From IMG/VR virus record IMGVR_UViG_3300045988_111617: 64,000 bases of DNA, one strand, 5' to 3'. Under the pieces are notes generated by a model. It saw only the letters and a list, made by a program, of their open reading frames with translations, made no database searches and was not told where the DNA came from. A program made the translations under genes and the position numbers. Source of the DNA: a virus. The first letter of the stretch is position 1. Every line of letters starts with the position of its first letter. Below are positions 11,701 through 19,200 of the stretch, one piece after another.

Positions 11701-11970
11701 TATTCTATTAAAGACTGTTTGTTCTTCTCCTCTTGCTTGGTCAGCAGTTAAACCTTCTGCCATTAATTGGTCTACAGATGGGAGATTTTTATCCCATTTA
11801 GAAGAAGAAGCTCCAAAATAAGTACCAGAGTTGGGCCTAAGTCTGCTTTCCCTCATGAAGAAAGTAGGGTCTTGCTGCCTAATATAATCACTTATTTTAT
11901 TAAATTTTTCTACTTCTGATACTCCAGAATTACCTATGCCTTGATTTATATAATAATTTCTATCTCCCAT
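5719..11970 (-). CDS. 2083-aa giant virion/ejection-type protein with Gly-rich hydrophobic N-terminal segments, coiled coils and a C-terminal zincin motif HEAFH (nt 6802-6816)
   Basis: 6.2 kb ORF; HExxH with downstream Glu-rich segment about 365 aa from C-terminus; Gly/Ala/Ser-rich membrane-like helices near N-terminus. Confidence 0.8.
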   Translation of the reverse strand: MGDRNYYINQGIGNSGVSEVEKFNKISDYIRQQDPTFFMRESRLRPNSGTYFGASSSKWDKNLPSVDQLMAEGLTADQARGEEQTVFNRISNALINNAVIAGTTAISGSLGVIWGALDALSNQELNKLYDNAVNRKMLEWQESAAQAAPNYYTKGYSESSIWKKLGTSVFWADLIKNLGFTEGMLVPGMGVSSALSKAPLAAQLIGSSVAGALSEASIEALQAKQDKLNLENTQIADEYNKAILAAKSPEEKALIDQEYKKTLLGMEEDANKAGNYVLGYNMALLTLTNSLEWGKLFTRGNKASRAALLAKERSKGIKVGKDGLSLNIEQPWLNTAKNVGERSLQAFTEGTEEVLQDVAVKSADLNPNYNSFNESVFNPEKRELANGALQSLGMAFSQAMKDPDTATDFAMGFLTSVVGSPRFRSPKENGQWRSPVTMEGGVTEFLRERREYGKRRALVNEINERLSDPTLEEYYKGIVRDTDLTDKANLALEAGDDFNFHNYQFASMVSDIIMLDNAGQFGLFNTILEKASAISDADIKSLINSGLFQQNGNPMSVEDVRSKIQENVGIMQGLASQYREMKESLEASKNGSQLSKDALENIIYAKMQLDNWRQRQTDISNELVGLYKDEIYDSTDEKAVSPEHFKLLATLPVIRNELKKLVEESELTDDVKETWIKKIEDLNRIQDNMKKFSDKINEYYSSPQKANAEQEKIKEKAVKKDQKKKTDTAKESLQKATTPRELRNVYNNILSQGDVTEAELERALNELAEEDNPVAKENKNIQSLYQGTVAKISEMGLEDTETANAIQMLNNAMNSAKNVGEMIEPSNPNYTEATTFFNTENPSSGNPALDKQTFLSAQVAVAKALQKQLIEMGKNAEAAKFTTSENPAPGTNESGTTGNSGVSEVPSAKGHDSTPSASTTSESGEPGVSAGNLPANYDNSGVEQQPNTNESQKKEIEEETPTDPNKSWFPLSWFFLGSKKKGVLIPISDTQAIQKEDASVNFGQIPQWIEQNRVQEHVDTGNLKVGDKLVLGIPSDLKDINGNPVIVYYKVIGDDYMPVGIFTASGNLAKNTKSRILEEYKKADQSKPFFSSITTTVNDVKTGYVEYGESRDLNSADNITFAIVRNGSLDLGASSIKLNEVSRPKNISQKNGMVYIAIPNSRKGMSGGYTLVGAKVRKFSSKEFDLTSPKNAESSVVKNIRKSVEAIINAKTQADLLNRVQELSKYLYIPNLNFYIVEDGIIRVTKNVLDSSGNVIKKLVKKADGTSVYENSETVVGVYKDPEILFGDLYKMGLNFNIDRASINTPEYNKTILDSGIVSTNAVNTNHTTGGWFTANPVGEKGEIKGSKTPFNNPTPGNTPKSNDNSVVVTVNNKQVTLFPNGEYLSLKDGARKMPVKMEDIERCQVLYTLQKQYGNATEGPTMWNNKAIINGKVIDRTTGEWVIGVAADEVRNHVNPKVTSTNIEKSDILFENHDDMNPIEDLSDNSKLPNSKIGYYLDSRDKKIHKTYMVSAGEILGTPVQIIKIPVLTSGLNSKGPKKVAGYNYGIVLPNGQSYIGANLNVETPINTVFEGIKKSFEGPGAGPRGQEFVEKHKKEFTELKNMPSVFPTETATPIGTEVKQETPTTTADNDEMSFEDFAAMMGANISGNPTVKLREAKKESEKFDIDKEVKWLSTVLPNIPVEVVRGLIHIAGKNAWGTFSNAGITLSNVAAEGTTYHEAFHAVFSLGLNGNERANLMKEASEESKLTDPVELEEWLAERFREYVINQKSKTVGQKIKEFFKKLWNLIRGIQEAEPMRYSIYKKIMSSKYKNMRVGTAKEASVRLRPEEYTPEMLDILSTAKYDKDGNILAPNDKPSNLDERQWVHVRTKAFKEWFGDWENDPKSASKVVDKNGEPKIMYHNTPFDFNGVFDMDHPSRTMPWTSEPFGHVGSKETADTIKGTQYGLFINLKNPLRTSDYVHESTSSMLNELYKQGIISRDKYSTLRGLSNSELRKLMQELGYDGTVYKNEVEEGGDSYSFINPNQIKSATDNIGTYSKENNDIRLRKVEKDNTLFLENGYSENWIRNATEEEKEVAKYCIGI

Positions 11971-11972
11971 TT

Positions 11973-14021
11973 TTAGTTTTCATTAGTAACAAAAATATCA
12001 TAAAGGAATCCAGAGGCAACATCTTTCATAAAACTACCTCTACTAAACCCTCCCTTAATTTCATCTCTAAGAGAAGAAGTTCCTAACCATCTTCCATAAC
12101 CAGTCATTGGGTCTTCCTCTACTATTGTTTTAACAACATCTCCATCTGATGTGTAAGTAATATAGCCATAGTAACCTTTACCTAAATCTACTCCTCCTTG
12201 TATAGGCATCATTCCTGTCCTCTCAAGCATACTTAAACCGAATTCACTTAATTCAGCATTTTTATTGCTAATACCTGTTTCTGAATTTGAGTAATCTTTT
12301 AGGTAATTATTTGTTGCAATGTATCTATTTCTATAATCATCAATCTCTAAAATAGAGCCATAAGGAGCATATGATTTTCCAGTGTCTTTATCATGAATAA
12401 CTACAGGTTCAGAATCTGTTGCTATTATTCTAAGTCTATCCTCTGTTGATTTATTCTTATGAATAAGATTATCTACATCTGACTTAGAAATAAATTTACC
12501 AGTTTCCAAATCTATCAAACCTTTAGTTTGACTTTTTCCACTTCCTAAAGAGGAACTTACACCATTTAATATAGCATCTATAGAATTATGTTGTTCAGTA
12601 GGTGTTACTCTAGGAATAATACCAGACTTTTCTTTAGTAGCTTGGGCTTTATCTAAAGCTACTCCTAATTGTATAGACTGTACAATGTTTTCTCCAGGAA
12701 TATAAGAATATCTTTCTGCTAAAGAATCTAATTTATTTTGAATTTCCTGTATCCTAGTTCTATCAGAACCACTTGAGATATTACTTCTTGCTTTAGTAAA
12801 AGCAGCTTGCTCTTCTTTACTTAAGTCCCCTAGATAAGTTTTCTTTCCATTCTTAATAAAATATTTACTTTTTGATGTAGAAGCTGCTATTGATTTTGAA
12901 AGAGCATCCATTCCAGAGGTTCCTAATGACCCTGTAGGTGTAGAGGAAGTTTCAGTATATGTTCCATACTTAGATTGAATTTCTGAAACAGTATCAAAGT
13001 CTTTTTGATACTTTGCTAATAAGGCATCTAACTCAGGATTTGATAAACTTTTACCATCTTTAAGGGTTAAAGCTTGTATAAATTTATCTATATCTGAGAA
13101 TTCATCTCCATTACCTTCATGCCCCATACTTGACAGAAATGTAGGTAATTTAGGAACAGTAGGAACTTTTTCTGGTTTTCTTCTTCTATCTGCCTGAATT
13201 AAATCCCAGTTTCTATTTTGAAGGTATTGCACTTCAGTATTACCTGAAAGACCTGCCTTCATTCCCTCTATAATATACTGTTCTGCTTTATTTCTATCTT
13301 CCTGTGTAAATCCTTGTTTACCAATATCTGTATTATTAAGAATATCTTCAATTTGACTTCTTAATTCTGGAATGCTATCTGCTACATCATTCATGAAGTC
13401 CTGCATTTGTTTAGAATCAGGACCATATTGTTTAGTAATCCTATAATACTGTCCTCCTAAAGTATTAGCTAAAGCCTCTCCTTCTGGAACATCTCTAAGT
13501 GTTCTGGAAAAAGCCTCTGCAAGTGCTTTACCTCTTGAATAAAGTTCATTTCCACTTACATAGTAAGTCTCTGGAGATTTACCATTCATGTAACTTGATA
13601 CTGCCTGATAGTAAGGATTAGCATTAGTCATAAGGGTTTTATCTTGACTGGATAATTTATCCCAATTCTTTCTAGCCTCAGCTCTAGCTTCAGTAGCTAC
13701 TTTGATTGGAGCTATGTCAGAACCAAACCTTCTTCTAAGATTCTGTAAAGTCTTTCTATTTTCAGAAGACAATCCTTTAGAAGAAAGAGTGGCAGCTGCT
13801 GAATTTAATTCCTGCATATAAGGGTTATATACAGTGTCCATTAAATCTTTATCAAGAGTATCATCTAATTGAGAACCTATCAATCCTGCATTCTCAGCAT
13901 AAGTATTATATAACTCTTCCCTCTTATCAAACTCTTGCTTATATGTTTGATATGGTACAAGCATTTCAGCAAGAGTATATGGTTGAAATTTACTTCCTAT
14001 TGTTGTATATGCTGTAGCCAT
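11973..14021 (-). CDS. 682-aa hypothetical virion/ejection protein
   Basis: Long ORF translationally coupled (2-nt gap) to the 2083-aa gene. Confidence 0.75.
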   Translation of the reverse strand: MATAYTTIGSKFQPYTLAEMLVPYQTYKQEFDKREELYNTYAENAGLIGSQLDDTLDKDLMDTVYNPYMQELNSAAATLSSKGLSSENRKTLQNLRRRFGSDIAPIKVATEARAEARKNWDKLSSQDKTLMTNANPYYQAVSSYMNGKSPETYYVSGNELYSRGKALAEAFSRTLRDVPEGEALANTLGGQYYRITKQYGPDSKQMQDFMNDVADSIPELRSQIEDILNNTDIGKQGFTQEDRNKAEQYIIEGMKAGLSGNTEVQYLQNRNWDLIQADRRRKPEKVPTVPKLPTFLSSMGHEGNGDEFSDIDKFIQALTLKDGKSLSNPELDALLAKYQKDFDTVSEIQSKYGTYTETSSTPTGSLGTSGMDALSKSIAASTSKSKYFIKNGKKTYLGDLSKEEQAAFTKARSNISSGSDRTRIQEIQNKLDSLAERYSYIPGENIVQSIQLGVALDKAQATKEKSGIIPRVTPTEQHNSIDAILNGVSSSLGSGKSQTKGLIDLETGKFISKSDVDNLIHKNKSTEDRLRIIATDSEPVVIHDKDTGKSYAPYGSILEIDDYRNRYIATNNYLKDYSNSETGISNKNAELSEFGLSMLERTGMMPIQGGVDLGKGYYGYITYTSDGDVVKTIVEEDPMTGYGRWLGTSSLRDEIKGGFSRGSFMKDVASGFLYDIFVTNEN

Positions 14022-16153
14022 TATTTTCCCCTCCTACTTCTTTTAGTTAGCATTCCACCATTTTTCTTCCAACCTCTTTTCATAGGCTCACTAAGAGTTC
14101 CAAATAAGTCAGAATCAATCATTGCTTGAAGCATATTAGTATCTCTATTTTCTCTTCCTATTGCTCCTAAGTTATCAAAGAAGTTTGTAAGATTAGCACT
14201 TCTTGAAGTAGCTAATGCAGTGTCTGCTAATTCTCTCATATTAGCTGCTGTGGCAGTTCCTGATAATCTCATATTATCTCTTGCTTGAGCTAACTGTGCA
14301 TTTTGTGCAGCAGCTTGCATAAGTGCTCCAGAATTATACTGACTAGTTCCTCTATTAAACTGTGCTATACTTTGCCTAAGTTGCTCATTATACATATCAG
14401 TTTTAAGTAAAGCATCTGCAATTCCTTGCTGAGCATTATAATCTGCTGCAAGTAAACCAGCCATTCTTTGTCCAGAACTAAGTCCTGAGTTCATTACTGC
14501 TCTTCTTGTAGCTCCTGCTTGTCCCTTAAGCTGATTTAAATAATAATCTCTATTAATAGGATTATAACTTAAATAATCACTAAGTAATGTTGGAGAAACT
14601 TTATTTCTTGATGAATTATTAACAACATCAAGAATTAAATCTGAGTTAGTATAATCAGGTTTTTGAAATACACTTTGAACTGCTCCTAATGCAGAACCTA
14701 CTGCTGGAGCATATCTGGAATAAGTATCTTTAGTTCCTGCAAACTTTCTACCTCCAAATGCCATCATTTGTTGAGTACCTGTTTTTCCTTTCTTCATTCT
14801 TTGTTCTTCTTGGAGTGAAGCCAACTTACCTAATGAAGCTTCAAGTCCTCTTTTACTGATAGGGTCATTAGGTCTTTCTGCTGATTCTTTACTCATATCT
14901 TCTGCAATAAGAGCAAAGGTATGTCCTTTATATTTCTTAGGAAGATTAGATTCCTTTAGTTCTTTGTCAGTAGGATGAAGTCTATTAGAAAACACATAAT
15001 CATTATATAAGACTTCTCCTTCTTCTACTAAATTAGGTTGCCCATCTGGAGCTACTCCCATAGGAACACCCTCAAAAGGATTCTGTTCATGAGTTCCTCC
15101 ATTGTTTATAAATGTAACTCCATTACTGAAATCCCCTCCATGTGTTTGAGATTCTAACAAACTGTCATACATATTATCTCTATCTTTTATATATCCTCCT
15201 AAAGCATGTTTCCAACCAGCTGCATTTCTAGCAAAGTTAGCTCTCTTTACAAGAGTAGAAGAATATTTATCTTTATTGGCTAATATATGTCTTGCATATT
15301 CCTGTACTCCCATACCTGCTCTACTAGCAGATTCTGTGAATTTTCCTCTGTTTTTCTTTTTTATATTAATAGGTCCTCCTTCAGCAGCATAAGCATACTG
15401 CATAGCATTTCTAGCATTATTCTGCATAACATCATTTACTTGGAAATCATAGTTATCTATTGCCATATTATTGGCAGCTTCTGCCGCTTGATTAAGGAAT
15501 CTAGCTTTTTTCCTTGCCTTATTTTTACCTGTAAATATTCCTGCAAGACTTCCTCCTAATCCTATAGCAGCACCTGCTATAGCACCATAAGGACCTCCTA
15601 CAGAAGCTCCAGCCATAGCTCCAGAACCTACAGCTGATAAAGTATTTCCAAATAGCTCACTATTAGATACTCCTCTTACATCTTTCCAAGAGTAATCATC
15701 TTTTAGAAAATCAAGACTATTGTAAGTATTCATAAGAGAATTACTGTCAGTAGCTCCAGAGAAATCAGTATCTCTTAAATCTTTTATAGTACTTTCTATT
15801 CCAGTAGTATCTGCAATTTGAGCATTCTTTAATGAAGAATCTATTATTGAAGTTACTCCACTAACTACATTACCTGCTTTGCCCATAAAGTTAGAAAAAT
15901 CAAATCCAGAACCTGCTGATTTACTGGTCTGAGCAAGTCCATTATTAGTAGGAATAAGTCCTGCGGCTCTTGCTTGTTCTGGAGTAAGTTTCCTTATGTC
16001 TCCAAAGTTACTTACAAAGTTATTAATTGGTTGGATAGTGGCTCCGAAATTATGTTCTCCATCAAATATATTACCAACAGTTGGCTTATTTCTTTTTTGT
16101 AGAGATAAGTCAAGTGTTTTACTATGTCTTCTTTTAATATTATATTTAGCCAT
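14021..16153 (-). CDS. About 710-aa protein with a glycine-zipper membrane segment (GASVGGPYGAIAGAAIGLGGSLAGIFTG); putative ejection/pilot protein. Listed start 16201 is TTG; ATG at 16153 (MAKYNIKRR) preferred
   Basis: ORF; Gly-zipper motif; candidate promoter and terminator just upstream. Confidence 0.7.
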   Translation of the reverse strand: MAKYNIKRRHSKTLDLSLQKRNKPTVGNIFDGEHNFGATIQPINNFVSNFGDIRKLTPEQARAAGLIPTNNGLAQTSKSAGSGFDFSNFMGKAGNVVSGVTSIIDSSLKNAQIADTTGIESTIKDLRDTDFSGATDSNSLMNTYNSLDFLKDDYSWKDVRGVSNSELFGNTLSAVGSGAMAGASVGGPYGAIAGAAIGLGGSLAGIFTGKNKARKKARFLNQAAEAANNMAIDNYDFQVNDVMQNNARNAMQYAYAAEGGPINIKKKNRGKFTESASRAGMGVQEYARHILANKDKYSSTLVKRANFARNAAGWKHALGGYIKDRDNMYDSLLESQTHGGDFSNGVTFINNGGTHEQNPFEGVPMGVAPDGQPNLVEEGEVLYNDYVFSNRLHPTDKELKESNLPKKYKGHTFALIAEDMSKESAERPNDPISKRGLEASLGKLASLQEEQRMKKGKTGTQQMMAFGGRKFAGTKDTYSRYAPAVGSALGAVQSVFQKPDYTNSDLILDVVNNSSRNKVSPTLLSDYLSYNPINRDYYLNQLKGQAGATRRAVMNSGLSSGQRMAGLLAADYNAQQGIADALLKTDMYNEQLRQSIAQFNRGTSQYNSGALMQAAAQNAQLAQARDNMRLSGTATAANMRELADTALATSRSANLTNFFDNLGAIGRENRDTNMLQAMIDSDLFGTLSEPMKRGWKKNGGMLTKRSRRGK

Positions 16154-16170
16154 AACATAATTATTTGTTG

Positions 16171-16178
16171 CAAAGGTA
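16171..16178 (-). promoter_or_regulatory. Candidate Bacteroidota-type -7 box TACCTTTG (TAnnTTTG) upstream of the 710-aa gene
   Basis: Motif located after the terminator hairpin and ~17 nt before the ATG at 16153. Confidence 0.3.
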
Positions 16179-16222
16179 ACAAAATTAATTGATTTAAACA
16201 ATAAGGTATGTAAAATAATAAA

Positions 16223-16251
16223 AGAGTAGTAAGTGATTTACTTACTACTCT
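16223..16251 (-). terminator. Rho-independent terminator after the 1912-aa gene
   Basis: Perfect 12-bp stem AGAGTAGTAAGT/ACTTACTACTCT, 5-nt loop, followed on the - strand by TTTATTATTTT. Confidence 0.7.
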
Positions 16252-16256
16252 CTTAA

Positions 16257-19200
16257 CTATTCAAAATATCTTACTGCCAAATCATGGAACTCCATTCTTT
16301 CATTAGAAAGAGTTGGAGTCTTGGACAGTTTAAGATATATCCAAGGGTTTCTTATTCTATTCAATCCATAAGGATTATCAGGACCTTTCTTATCTCTTGG
16401 GATATCCATTCTCCATATTCTGAACTTCCTCCTTACATCAGGATATTTATCTCTTGCCTTAAAAGGATATAGAGGAGAAGTAGAGTCACCTACAGAAATC
16501 TTGTTTCCCTGATATTCATTCCATACTTCAAGAGTATCAAAGGTATCTCCCGTAAGTTTTCCCTCACCAGGTATATAAGGATTATAATCTGGGTCACTCA
16601 TATCAAACATGTCAGCTCTATATTCAAGAGTACTGAATGTTTTGTCTCCATAAGGGTCAGGAGTAATTCTATATAACATATGATAGCCTTGTAAGCTTCC
16701 AAACAGATTATTGAACTCTCCTTTACCCTGTATCCACAATTTATTTACTCCCTTGTTATCCTCTCTGAATGCTACAAATTTATCCTGAACATTAACCATC
16801 ATTGGAACTTCTCCATAGCTGAAGAATGATGTAAATTGATTAAGCATTTCATTATAGCACAGTACATCCTGCTGGGTCTCTTCACTCCCTCTAAGGAAGT
16901 AGACATCATCATTCCCCCTATCCCAGTAAGCAACAAAGTTATTGAAGTCCACAGGATTCCATAAGTCAGTAGAATTGTTTCTTCCTATCCAATCCTTGAA
17001 CCCCTTCTCATCAGAGAGAGATTTCACAGTTCCTGTGAACAGACTGAGTGAACTGTTGATATTATCTATGAAGTAGATACCATTCTTGGTTTCAACTATG
17101 GACCACTTGTTGATACATCCAGCCTTGTCAGTAATATACCTCTTTCCATCAACCTTACCTGAGTTGGCAATCTCAATAGGTACTCCTTGCTGAGTTCCAA
17201 TCTGAGTTCTTGAATTAAAGAGTATCTCAGCAATACCTTTATCCTGGAATGCTATAAGTGAGTTCTGGAACCTTCTTATAGCTCTAAGTGGTCCTTTATC
17301 ACCATCAAGAGTTTCAATTTCAGATAAAGTAATATTAGTCCAAATATCTATATCTTCTCCTGGAGTTTTTTCTTTAGTCCAAGTAAACTGAGTAGGATAA
17401 GAAGTAGTAGTATCAGTACTATCAAGTACAACAGAAGTATTGAATGAATCCTGTCTGGTATAAGCTTTATTAATACTATTAAAGGTTTCTGTGTTTACAA
17501 GAGTATAATCAGAAGTAGACATATTCTTATCAGTCTTTCCATTAAGATTGATTCTACTTTCAATCATTCCAGAAAAGATTTCAATAATACTGTTGTCTTT
17601 ACCTTTTGTGTATGGTATAGTTTTAAGGACATCATATCTCTGATAATAAGAGTCACCTTCTACTCCATAAAGAATATTAGATTTAGTAATGTCAGTAACA
17701 GCACCACAATCTACAAAAGTATTCTTCTTTAAAGCATCTTCTCTTGTTCCTCCATATCTATAATCATCTTCAGAATAATCTTTAATATCTCTATAAAGTT
17801 CTCCTACAAAGAGTAAAGAAGTATCAAAAGTATCTGTATCTATTTTACCTGAATTATAAGTATCTAGAGGAATGGATAAATTGTCTGGTTTTATTGTAAT
17901 ATTATTTAAAAGTACCTCATTCAAAGTATTTATTTCTCTAGTATATTTATAAGACGTTCCTTTATAATCTTTTAAGTATACAACTTCAAGTTCAGGATTT
18001 AATCCAATATTTGTTTTTATACTTACTCCTTTATTTATATCATCGACAGTTAAAGTTTCAGTAGTATTAAGCTTAAATATTGGAGATTGAACTGCTCTAT
18101 TAGAAGAGTATCCTATATACAATGGGCTATAAGTAGCATCTATTTTGAAAGAATACTTGTCAGAATCTGCTTTTGTAATTGTTATAGTATTACCTATCTC
18201 AACAGTTTTTTCACTAATACCTTCTGAATTTATATACAATAAATCATAAAGACCTGATTCACTTCCTGGGGTAATACTTAAGGTATATTTAGTAGTAACA
18301 CCTCCTTCTATTACAGGAGTCACTGTTACTGTAAAACCAGGATAAACATTCTTTTTGTATTCTACATCTTCTCCTAGATAAGTAACAGCATTACCTGATA
18401 TCTCTTTGATAAAAGCAATAGCTAATTTATTTGAATAAGCATTCTTAGCATTTTTAAAATCCTTATCAAAGGAATTATAAGCATCTACTGTGGAAGTATT
18501 ATCAAGTTCTATTATATAAACAGAGCCAGAATTCAGCAATCTATCTGGAGTATAATAAGGATAATCTCCAGTTATAAGAGTATCATTCATTGGTAATTCA
18601 TCAACATAAGTTTCCCAAGGAAGATAATAATTAGATAAATTAATATTTAGAGTATCTGCATTTACTGAAGGCAATATAATTGTTTCATCTCCTACAGGAT
18701 TAAAAGACAGAATACAGTTCTTTTTACTCTTTGCTGCTACATTTACAGGAGCTGTAGAGTCTGTAACAACAGCTTCCCAGTTAGCAGTATCTGATAAAAA
18801 GTCTAATCCTTCTGTATATTGCTTATCTCCAGTAGTATACTCTTTATATTTTTCTGAAGATTTATCATCAGAACTAACACTCAAAACAAAGTCATAATTA
18901 TTATAGTAAAGCCTTTCATCCCTGATATTTAGAAATACATTGTCTATAGATTCATCAGCTATATTTATATTACTGATTCCTCCTTTAGGCTCCCAAGCCA
19001 TCTTCATATAATAATTATAATCTCCAGTATTAGTTATATCTAAATCTGTTCTATATTTATTGAGCCAGCAATAATTAGTAAATAAACTATATTTAAGATT
19101 AGCAAGTATTTTATCTTTAACTACATATTCCTCAATATCATTTTTCTTATATAGAGCACCTGTTTTATGCCAAGGATATATTATATAAGGAGCTACCACA

